Part shown: piece after piece, positions 19,163-25,776 of the stretch
How the letters are laid out: each line of letters opens with the position of its first letter
How positions within the stretch are numbered: the stretch's first letter is position 1
Position numbers and translations under genes: made by a program
Source: Deltaproteobacteria bacterium
Lineage (GTDB): Bacteria > SAR324 > NAC60-12
NCBI GenBank assembly: GCA_038150265.1
Contig: JAYOTF010000042.1
Location: 1-25,776, forward strand
Length of the DNA: 25,776 nt
Direction of reading: 5' to 3'
The notes under the pieces: generated by a model
What the model was told of the DNA's origin: nothing
The model's database searches: none
The model's input: only the letters and a program-made list of their open reading frames with translations

Positions 19163-19195
19163 TTCCCCACCCCTCTTTTCCCTCAAGGTTCTTCC

Positions 19196-20434
19196 ATGCG
19201 TAAACGCGTTGTTGTGACCGGGGTCGGTTGTGTCTCCCCCTTGGGTAACAGTGTGCCTGAGGCGTGGGACGCCTGTCGAAACGGACGCTCCGGAATCAGC
19301 CGGATCACCCGCTTTGACCCTGAACCCTATCGCGCCCAGATCGCTGGGGAGGTTCGGAACTTCAAGCTGCCCAGTGTGATTCCGCCGAAGGAAGCGAAGA
19401 AGATGGACCTGTTCATCCACTACTCCATTGGCGCCACTCAGGAGGCCCTGGCGGATGCGAATCTGGAAATCACGGAAGACCTTGAGGAAGAGGTCGGGGT
19501 GTCCCTGGGAGTCGGCATCGGCGGATTGGGCTGCATTGAGCGCTACTCGGAAGTCCTGGCCGCCAATGGCCCGGGGCGCATCAGCCCCTTCTTCATTCCC
19601 ATGACCCTGAGCAACCTGGCGCCCGGGCAGATCTCGATGATCTTCCGGACCCGGGGGTACAACGCGTGTTCGGTCTCGGCCTGCACCTCGTCCAACCATG
19701 CCATTGGCACCGCCGCCCGGACCATTGAGCGCGGAGACGCGAAGGTGATGATTGCCGGAGGCGCGGAGTCGAGCATCACCCCCCTGGGCATTGGAGGCTT
19801 TGCCGCCATGCATGCCCTGAGCACCCGGAACGATGAGCCCGAGAAGGCCAGCCGCCCCTATGATCAGGGACGCGACGGCTTTGTGATGGGAGAGGGGTCG
19901 GGGATCCTCATCCTGGAGGAGCTCGAGTTTGCCAGGGCCCGTGGCGCCCGCATCTATGGCGAGGTCATCGGGTACGGCTTCAGCTCCGATGCCCACCACA
20001 TCACGTCGCCCTCCACCGAAGGACCGGCCCGCGCCATGCGTCTGGCGCTCAAGGATGCGAGCCTGGAGCCCGAGGCGATCGACTACGTCAATGCGCACGG
20101 GACGTCCACGCCGGCAGGAGACATCAATGAACTCCGGGCGATGAAGCTGGCCCTGGGCGAGAACCACGCCCGCACGGTCAGCATCAGCTCCACCAAGTCC
20201 ATGACCGGACACCTGCTCGGAGCCGCTGCTGCCATTGAGGCCGTGTTCTGCATCAAGGCGCTGCAAGAGGATTTTGTCCCACCGACCATCAACATTGACG
20301 ACCTGGATCCGGAATGCGACCTGGACGTCACCCCCAACGTGGGACGCAGCGTGCCGCTGACCACAGCCATGTCCAACGCCTTTGGCTTTGGAGGCACCAA
20401 CGCTTCGGTCATTTTCCGGAAGTACAGCGAGTAA
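19196..20434 (+). CDS. fabF: Beta-ketoacyl-ACP synthase II
   Basis: SACTSSNH, YVNAHGTST, STKSMTGHLLGAA, SNAFGFGGTN. Confidence 0.96.
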   Translation: MRKRVVVTGVGCVSPLGNSVPEAWDACRNGRSGISRITRFDPEPYRAQIAGEVRNFKLPSVIPPKEAKKMDLFIHYSIGATQEALADANLEITEDLEEEVGVSLGVGIGGLGCIERYSEVLAANGPGRISPFFIPMTLSNLAPGQISMIFRTRGYNACSVSACTSSNHAIGTAARTIERGDAKVMIAGGAESSITPLGIGGFAAMHALSTRNDEPEKASRPYDQGRDGFVMGEGSGILILEELEFARARGARIYGEVIGYGFSSDAHHITSPSTEGPARAMRLALKDASLEPEAIDYVNAHGTSTPAGDINELRAMKLALGENHARTVSISSTKSMTGHLLGAAAAIEAVFCIKALQEDFVPPTINIDDLDPECDLDVTPNVGRSVPLTTAMSNAFGFGGTNASVIFRKYSE

Positions 20435-20446
20435 GACTCGAGTTCA

Positions 20447-20467
20447 GCCGAGCCGAACCGGCTCGGC
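20447..20467 (+). other. Perfect 9-bp GC hairpin after fabF (attenuator or mRNA stabiliser)
   Basis: GCCGAGCCG-AAC-CGGCTCGGC; no immediate U-tract. Confidence 0.5.
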
Positions 20468-20502
20468 GTCCTGCCACTTTCCCCCTTCCAAAAAGGAACC
20501 CC

Positions 20503-22320
20503 ATGCACAGCAGCAGTACTGAATACCGCGCCGACCGTCGTGACCTGCAGTTCATGATCAATGAAGTCTACGACACGGCCGCGCTCTGCACCTTCCCCGC
20601 CTACCAGGAGTTTGATCCGGAGATGCTGGACATGGTGGTCAAGGAAGCCGCGACCTTTTCGGAGCAGGTCATTGCGCCGCTGAATCAGGAGGCCGACCGT
20701 GTGGGCAGCAAGGCGGTGGAGGGAAAGGTGGTCACCCCAGCGGGCTTCAAGCAGGCCTGGCACCAGATGGGAGAAGGGGGCTGGCTGGCCCTCAACCTGA
20801 GCCCGGAGCACGGGGGGCAGGGGCTTCCGGAACTGGTCACCACTGCCGCCCGTGAGACCCAGATTGCCGCCAGCCAGGGCTTCTGCATTGCCAACGTCCT
20901 CACCACCGGAGCCGCCAACCTGATCCTCACGTTTGGAAGTGACCAGCAGAAGCGGGACTACTGCGAAAAGATGCTTTCAGGCGAGTGGGGAGGAACGATG
21001 TGCCTCACCGAGCCGCAGGCCGGCAGCGCCGTGGGTGACATCACGACGACTGCGACCCCCCAGGGCGATGGCAGCTACCTCATCAAGGGCAACAAGATCT
21101 ACATCACCTATGGCGAGCATGACATGACGGACAACATCGTCCACCTGCTCCTTGCCAAAACTCCGGACAGCCCGGCTGGAACGAAGGGCATCAGCCTCTT
21201 CATTGTGCCGAAGGTGCGCCTGGATGGCACCCCGAACGATGTCACCCTCGTGCATGTGGAAAACAAGATGGGCCTGCATGGCTCTCCCACCTGTGCCCTG
21301 TCGTTTGGGGAACAGGGCGCCTGCTACGGCTACCTGCTGCAGGCGGAGAATGCCGGGATGGCGCAGATGTTCCAGATGATGAACGAGGCCCGCCTCTTTG
21401 TGGCCCTGCAGGGACTCGGAGGAGCGGCCGCCGCGCTGCAGAACGCCTGGGCCTATGCCAATGAGCGTCCCCAGGGGCCGTCGGCACGTCCCGATGCCCA
21501 GCCGGGGGACAAGGCTCTGATCATCGAGTACCCAGACGTCCGGAGGATGCTGATGCACATGAAGAGCGTCACCGAAGGCCTGCGGGGCCTGTGCTACGCG
21601 GCGTCCTGGTACAGCGACTGGGCGCATGAAGGGCCCGAGGAGAGCCGTGAGACCTACCAGAACCTGCTCGACCTGCTCATTCCGATCTGTAAGTCCTTTG
21701 CCACCGACCAGGGCTTCGAGGTCGGAGTGATGGGGCAGCAGGTGCTGGGTGGGGTGGGGTACCTCAAGGACTTCCCCCTGGAGCAAAACGTCCGGGACCA
21801 GAAGATCGCCTCCATCTATGAGGGCACGAACGGCATTCAGGCCCTGGACCTGGTGGGCCGGAAGCTCACGATCAAGGAAGGAGCCCTGCTGAAGTCCCTC
21901 GCTCAGGAGCTGGCCTTCTTTGAGCACAACCCGGCACCTGCGGCGCTGACGAAGCAGGTGGAGGAGTGGGAGAGCTACCGGGACCTGATGATGGAGAGCA
22001 TTGCCGCGCTCCGGACGCTGGGGGAGCGTGGGGGCAAGCCGGGCTACATCCTCTATGCCAGCAACCTGCTGGCGCTGATGGGCGACGTCCTCTGTGCCTT
22101 CTACCTGCTCAAGCAAGCGGCGGTGGCCCAGACCAAGTGGGAGGCCCTGGTGGAGGGAAAGGACGCGGACGCGGTGCTGGCCGGAAGTGAAGAAGCCCAG
22201 TTTTACTGGAACAAGCTCAAGACCACCGAGTTTTACCTCTACAGCGTGTTGCCCCGGTCCCTGTCTCAGGCCCGGATCATCCGCAATGCGAACCTCAGTC
22301 CTCTGGAGGCCTGGCTCTAA
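20503..22320 (+). CDS. Acyl-CoA dehydrogenase (second paralogue, same long subfamily)
   Basis: GTMCLTEPQAGS, ENKMGLHGSPTC, MFQMMNEARL, IYEGTNGIQALDLVGRK; AAGGA RBS before ATG 20503. Confidence 0.9.
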   Translation: MHSSSTEYRADRRDLQFMINEVYDTAALCTFPAYQEFDPEMLDMVVKEAATFSEQVIAPLNQEADRVGSKAVEGKVVTPAGFKQAWHQMGEGGWLALNLSPEHGGQGLPELVTTAARETQIAASQGFCIANVLTTGAANLILTFGSDQQKRDYCEKMLSGEWGGTMCLTEPQAGSAVGDITTTATPQGDGSYLIKGNKIYITYGEHDMTDNIVHLLLAKTPDSPAGTKGISLFIVPKVRLDGTPNDVTLVHVENKMGLHGSPTCALSFGEQGACYGYLLQAENAGMAQMFQMMNEARLFVALQGLGGAAAALQNAWAYANERPQGPSARPDAQPGDKALIIEYPDVRRMLMHMKSVTEGLRGLCYAASWYSDWAHEGPEESRETYQNLLDLLIPICKSFATDQGFEVGVMGQQVLGGVGYLKDFPLEQNVRDQKIASIYEGTNGIQALDLVGRKLTIKEGALLKSLAQELAFFEHNPAPAALTKQVEEWESYRDLMMESIAALRTLGERGGKPGYILYASNLLALMGDVLCAFYLLKQAAVAQTKWEALVEGKDADAVLAGSEEAQFYWNKLKTTEFYLYSVLPRSLSQARIIRNANLSPLEAWL

Positions 22321-22341
22321 GGCCCCGCAAACGAGTCAACG

Positions 22342-22518
22342 ATGGAAGAATTTCTGGTTCAACTGAAGAGCAACCGCTTTGTCCGCTACGCAACCCTGGG
22401 GGGCTTTGTGCTGGTGTCGTACCTGCTGGGAGGCCTCCTGACGGCCGGGATTGCGGGCGCCGGCCTGGCGCTGGGGCGGATGAGTTACAACGACCACGTC
22501 GACGACCTCGACCTGTAA
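22342..22518 (+). CDS. Small 58-aa glycine-rich membrane protein (not in ORF track)
   Basis: Hand translation MEEFLVQLKSNRFVRYATLGGFVLVSYLLGGLLTAGIAGAGLALGRMSYNDHVDDLDL; genome-typical codons; fills the gap before comEC. Confidence 0.7.
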   Translation: MEEFLVQLKSNRFVRYATLGGFVLVSYLLGGLLTAGIAGAGLALGRMSYNDHVDDLDL

Positions 22519-22527
22519 CGGGGGCGG

Positions 22528-23982
22528 ATGCCGGACTGGACTCTGCAACTGCGTGAGGCTGGATCCGGACTGCACCCCCTCTGGGCGCTGCTTCTGCCTC
22601 TGGGAGGCGCCACGCTGCTGCTGCGGCAGCGGCACTGGCTGTTGGGGGGACTGCTCCTGTGTGCCAGCCTGGGCGCCCTGAGGCCCTACCTGCTTCTGCC
22701 CACCACCCTGCCGGCCCTCCAGCAGGCGGCATCCGGAACCCTGTGGGTCCGGGGAACGCTCCGAGAGGCCACGGAAGCCGCCGGGAGGTTTCACCTGCAC
22801 CTGCAGCACGTCGAGTTCGCCTCTCCCACTCACGTGTGGACCTTTCCGGAAGCCGAGGTCTCCTTTCCCTCCCGAGGTCGGCGGGGGAACTTCTTCCGGG
22901 GCCGGGAGCTGCAGCTGGATGGACACGCCGGCGTCATGGGGCTCCGGGCGCTTCGGCTGCAGGTGGAGTGGCAGCAGGCGTACTACCGAACCGCCTCCCA
23001 GCCTCTGGTGGGGTGGGCGCGTCAGCGGGCAACGTGGCGCCTGCAGCTGGAGCAGCGCATCCGCTACTACCTGCACGGTCCTGCGCTGGCGGTGTTCCTG
23101 CCCCTCACCCTGGGCCTGCGGGCTCATGCTCCCAGGGTGCGGCAGCTGTTTCAGGAAACCGGCATGGCGCACCTGCTGGCCATCAGCGGCCTGCACATGG
23201 GGCTCCTGTACGGGCTGCTGCTGCTGAGCCTCCGGGGCCTGGGGCGGGGCTCTTCCTGGTTGCTGCAGCAACGCTGGTTTCGTCCGGGCACCCAGGGACT
23301 GGCGCTGCTGGGGCTGTGGGGGTACGTGCTGCTGCTGCAGAACCCCACCCCGGCCTTCCGGGCGGTGCTGATGCTGACCCTGTGGAGCCTGCCGCAGGCC
23401 CTCGGGTGGCGTCCTCCCGCGTTTCATACCCTGCTGCTGACCGCGTCGCTGCTGCTGCTGGCCGATCCCACTCAGGTGGACGACCTCTCCTTTCAGCTCT
23501 CCTTTCTGGCGGTTTTCGGAATCCTCTGGGGCCTCCCCGGACACTGGACGCCTCGACGTCCGGGCCGGCGGTGGGGGGCCTGGCTGTGGAACAGCACCTG
23601 GGTCACCGGGTGCGTGCTGCTCTTCATTGGTCCGGTGCTGCTGCAGGCCTTTGGCGCCGTGGCGCTCGAATCCCTGTGGCTGAACCTGATCCTCATCCCG
23701 CTGCTCGCTGCCGTGGTGCTGCCGGTGTGCCTGCTGGCGCTGCTGGTGGGGGCGGCTTCGCTGGGGCAGCCTCCGGAGGGCTGGCTGGAGCAGCAGGCGT
23801 TTGCCGGAGCCGACTTCGTGCTCCGGCAGTGGGTGGCGCTGCTGGAGCACCTGCATGTCTCGGCAGGCGCGGTCCAGCTGACGGTTCCCGAGACCTTTGG
23901 AGGCACGGAGGCGCTGGTTTACTACGCCCTGCTGCTGGGAGTCGGCTGGGGCCTCTGGTGGAGGCGCCCTCCGGCTGATTGA
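22528..23982 (+). CDS. comEC: ComEC/Rec2 family competence protein lacking the C-terminal metallo-beta-lactamase domain
   Basis: FQETGMAHLLAISGLHMG, PAFRAVLM, DLSFQLSFLAV, NLILIP. Confidence 0.85.
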   Translation: MPDWTLQLREAGSGLHPLWALLLPLGGATLLLRQRHWLLGGLLLCASLGALRPYLLLPTTLPALQQAASGTLWVRGTLREATEAAGRFHLHLQHVEFASPTHVWTFPEAEVSFPSRGRRGNFFRGRELQLDGHAGVMGLRALRLQVEWQQAYYRTASQPLVGWARQRATWRLQLEQRIRYYLHGPALAVFLPLTLGLRAHAPRVRQLFQETGMAHLLAISGLHMGLLYGLLLLSLRGLGRGSSWLLQQRWFRPGTQGLALLGLWGYVLLLQNPTPAFRAVLMLTLWSLPQALGWRPPAFHTLLLTASLLLLADPTQVDDLSFQLSFLAVFGILWGLPGHWTPRRPGRRWGAWLWNSTWVTGCVLLFIGPVLLQAFGAVALESLWLNLILIPLLAAVVLPVCLLALLVGAASLGQPPEGWLEQQAFAGADFVLRQWVALLEHLHVSAGAVQLTVPETFGGTEALVYYALLLGVGWGLWWRRPPAD

Positions 23983-24004
23983 TGATCCTGACACGAGCAA
24001 ACAA

Positions 24005-24829
24005 ATGGATGGTTTCCCTTTACAAGAGTGGCTGCCGCTCCTCGGCATCCTCCTGGCGTCCGGGGCCTTTGCCGGTGTGATGGCGGGGTTGCTGGGCGTG
24101 GGCGGCGGCGTGGTCATTGTGCCGGCGCTGCTCTACGCCTTTGACTTCCTGCACTACAACCCGGCGATCACCACGCACCTCGCGGTGGCCACCTCACTGG
24201 CGACCATTGTCCCCACCGCCTTCTCGGCTGCCCGGGCGCATCACCAACGGGGCGCAGTGGAGTTTTCCCTCCTCAAGCGTCTCGCGCCAGGGGTGATGGC
24301 CGGGTCGCTCATCGGAGCCTGGGTGGCGGGAGGCGTGGGAGGCGATGTCCTCAAGGGCGTCTTTGGCGTCATCGCCCTCCTGATGGCCGCGAACCTCTTC
24401 CGGACCCAGGAGCTCATTTTGGGAGAGACGTTGCCCTCGGCGCCCAAAACGGCAGGCAGCATGGGGCTCATCGGGTTCCTGTCGTCGCTCATGGGCATCG
24501 GCGGCGGAACCCTGTTTGTGCCCTTCCTCAGCGCTTTCAGTGTCCCCATTCAAAAAGCCGTGGGCACCTCTTCCAGCCTGGGACTGATGATTGCGCTTCC
24601 CGGAGCCCTGGGGTACATGGCCGTGGGTGCCGATGTGGAAGGCCTTCCGCCCCTCAGCATCGGCTACGTCAGCCTCGTCGGCCTCGCCTGCATGGTGCCC
24701 ATGACCACCCTCTTTGCCCCACAGGGCGCCAAGCTGGCCCACCGGCTGGAAAAGAAGACCCTCAAGCGCTTCTTTGCCGTGTTCCTGGTGGTGATGGCCC
24801 TGCGGATGTTCTGGAAGATGGCGGCCTGA
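24005..24829 (+). CDS. TauE/SafE (TSUP) family membrane transporter
   Basis: Duplicated GLLGVGGG / LMGIGGG motifs, AVATSLA / AVGTSS. Confidence 0.9.
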   Translation: MDGFPLQEWLPLLGILLASGAFAGVMAGLLGVGGGVVIVPALLYAFDFLHYNPAITTHLAVATSLATIVPTAFSAARAHHQRGAVEFSLLKRLAPGVMAGSLIGAWVAGGVGGDVLKGVFGVIALLMAANLFRTQELILGETLPSAPKTAGSMGLIGFLSSLMGIGGGTLFVPFLSAFSVPIQKAVGTSSSLGLMIALPGALGYMAVGADVEGLPPLSIGYVSLVGLACMVPMTTLFAPQGAKLAHRLEKKTLKRFFAVFLVVMALRMFWKMAA

Positions 24830-24857
24830 GAATTTGCGGAAGCCGGCATGCCGGATC

Positions 24858-24886
24858 TTGCAATCCGCGAAAGAGCTTGGTACTCT
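24858..24886 (+). promoter_or_regulatory. Sigma70 promoter of the tRNA gene
   Basis: TTGCAA-N17-TACTCT with extended -10 TG. Confidence 0.6.
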
Positions 24887-24902
24887 GGAAGATCAGATTG
24901 GC

Positions 24903-24979
24903 CGAGGTGTAGCGCAGTCTGGTAGCGCGCTTCGTTCGGGACGAAGAAGTCGGAGGTTCAAATCCTCTCACCTCGACCA
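24903..24979 (+). tRNA. tRNA-Pro(CGG)
   Basis: Acceptor CGAGGTG/CACCTCG+ACCA, D arm GCGCAGTCTGGTAGCGC, anticodon arm CTTCG-TTCGGGA-CGAAG, T loop GTTCAAATC; 77 nt. Confidence 0.98.
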
Positions 24980-25042
24980 CCTGCCTTCCCCCCCCCCTTG
25001 AATTCCTGCTTGAACTCCCCCTTGCCTTGCTCAAAAACGGAT

Positions 25043-25275
25043 GGGTGCCCCACCGACACCTGACGTTGGAGCCAAGCCAGTACCTGACGCCTCCCAGATC
25101 TGATGCGGAGCGTCCCCCGCTCTGTTCTTCTTTGAAGGGCCGCACCTTCCGGTTGCCTCGGTCCATCCTCTTGAAACCATCTGCTTTCTGACGGGAGCTC
25201 AGTGAAGGGGCTCCCTGTGTGAGGACATCACATCTCCTGCAGGGGCCTGGCCCGCTCAGGTGGTGGTTGGGGTCA
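25043..25275 (-). ncRNA. ~230-nt rod-like structured RNA, possibly 6S RNA (ssrS)-like
   Basis: Nested inverted repeats 25048-25063/25256-25272, 25071-25078/25244-25251, 25096-25105/25226-25235 and 25137-25149/25204-25215. Two A.C mismatches on plus become G.U on minus. Confidence 0.45.
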
Positions 25276-25382
25276 GTTTCAACCGCAAATTCCTCAATGA
25301 ACCTTGTTTTTCCTCAATAATATCAGTGGTCGTTAATTTCGGTCGGGCCCGTATTTTTGCCGTATTTTTTCAAACGTCTCCC

Positions 25383-25412
25383 TTGACAGTGTGTGCGCTG
25401 GAGGGGTAAATT
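25383..25412 (+). promoter_or_regulatory. Possible sigma70 promoter for the AT-rich ORFs
   Basis: TTGACA-N18-TAAATT. Confidence 0.4.
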
Positions 25413-25509
25413 CCCTTTTTCAGCACCCTCTGCGGAAGGATCCATCCTGATGGGAGGGCAGGTTGGTGAACTGAACGGATTAGGTAATTGTTCATTATCA
25501 GAAGGTATT

Positions 25510-25632
25510 ATGCGTAAATCGATTTTGATTTGTTTTATCGCTATATTGTTTTTTTCCGGATGCTCTGATGATTCCAACTCAGAATCAAACGCATCAAGGA
25601 TATCAGTTAAAACTGTAAATATTGAGTTCTAA
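25510..25632 (+). CDS. Short AT-rich lipoprotein-like ORF (40 aa), possibly a truncated gene
   Basis: MRKSILICFIAILFFSGC lipobox followed by SDDSNSES. Confidence 0.5.
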   Translation: MRKSILICFIAILFFSGCSDDSNSESNASRISVKTVNIEF

Positions 25633-25647
25633 CCAACAGGAGAAAAC

Positions 25648-25776
25648 ATGCGTTTTTTTACTTTAATTCTTTTATTATTAGCAGTGCCAAGCTTTGCTTA
25701 CTGCGATAAAGGAGTCACTCAAGGTAGTTGGGTTAGGGAAGGTTATTACTTTACAGCTATTAGTTTAGTGAATGAG
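25648..25776 (+). CDS. AT-rich secreted protein, runs off window end
   Basis: AGGAG RBS at 25638-25642; MRFFTLILLLLAVPSFA-YCDKG signal peptide; frame open to the end. Confidence 0.65.
   Translation, partial: MRFFTLILLLLAVPSFAYCDKGVTQGSWVREGYYFTAISLVNE

Noticed and set aside
16604..20266. 1220-aa minus-strand ORF, plus other long antisense ORFs (5808-7424, 7454-9148, 15502-16755, 20977-22116, 22336-24117)
   Set aside because: Shadow frames of well-supported plus-strand genes in GC-rich DNA; no recognisable motifs.
24988..24997. C10 homopolymer as a phase-variation tract
   Set aside because: Lies downstream of the tRNA, not in a CDS or evident promoter spacer.
24762..25166. 134-aa minus ORF
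   Set aside because: Contains VEVRGFEPPTSSSRTKRATRLRYT, the typical antisense translation of a tRNA.
25043..25290. tmRNA, SRP, RNase P or raiA-motif identity for the structured region
   Set aside because: No tRNA-like ends or tag frame, no intact CAGG-GNRA-AGCAG helix, no GAGGAAAGUCC; only short chance-level matches.
25269..25388. GGGGTCAGTTTCAACCG and CCTTGACA resembling an IS21-family end
   Set aside because: The two parts are about 100 nt apart, there is no transposase or partner end, and TTGACA is explained as a -35 box.
25625..25647. TAAC at the end of an AT-rich ORF as an integron attC site
   Set aside because: Does not fit RYYYAAC, and the next gene starts about 15 nt later, leaving no room for an attC hairpin.
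1..25776. CRISPR array or tandem repeat array
   Set aside because: No regularly spaced repeats of 20 nt or more; TCCGGA sites are irregularly spaced with variable flanks.

Overview
GC-rich (about 62-64% by eye) bacterial chromosome segment, mostly core and housekeeping genes. Gene content and flagellin type tentatively suggest a SAR324/deltaproteobacteria-like organism (inference). Left half: coiled-coil zinc-ribbon protein, small lipoprotein, PuuA-like glutamine-synthetase-family ligase, an orphan flagellin with a sigma28 promoter and CsrA-type hairpin, pirin, acyl-CoA dehydrogenase, fadB, menC, menA, pdxH, rimI and an uncharacterised membrane protein. Right half: a long co-directional run rpsB-tsf-pyrH-frr-mraY(divergent)-fabG-acpP-fabF-acyl-CoA dehydrogenase-58 aa membrane ORF-comEC-TSUP-tRNA-Pro(CGG). 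After it come a ~230-nt rod-like structured region (6S-RNA-like) and the start of an AT-rich accessory segment. The most striking unexplained signal is window-wide: the palindrome TCCGGA occurs about 70 times by hand count versus about 9 expected, in all reading frames and inside promoter spacers, like a cyanobacterial HIP1-type highly iterated palindrome. No CRISPR array, transposase or integrase is visible.
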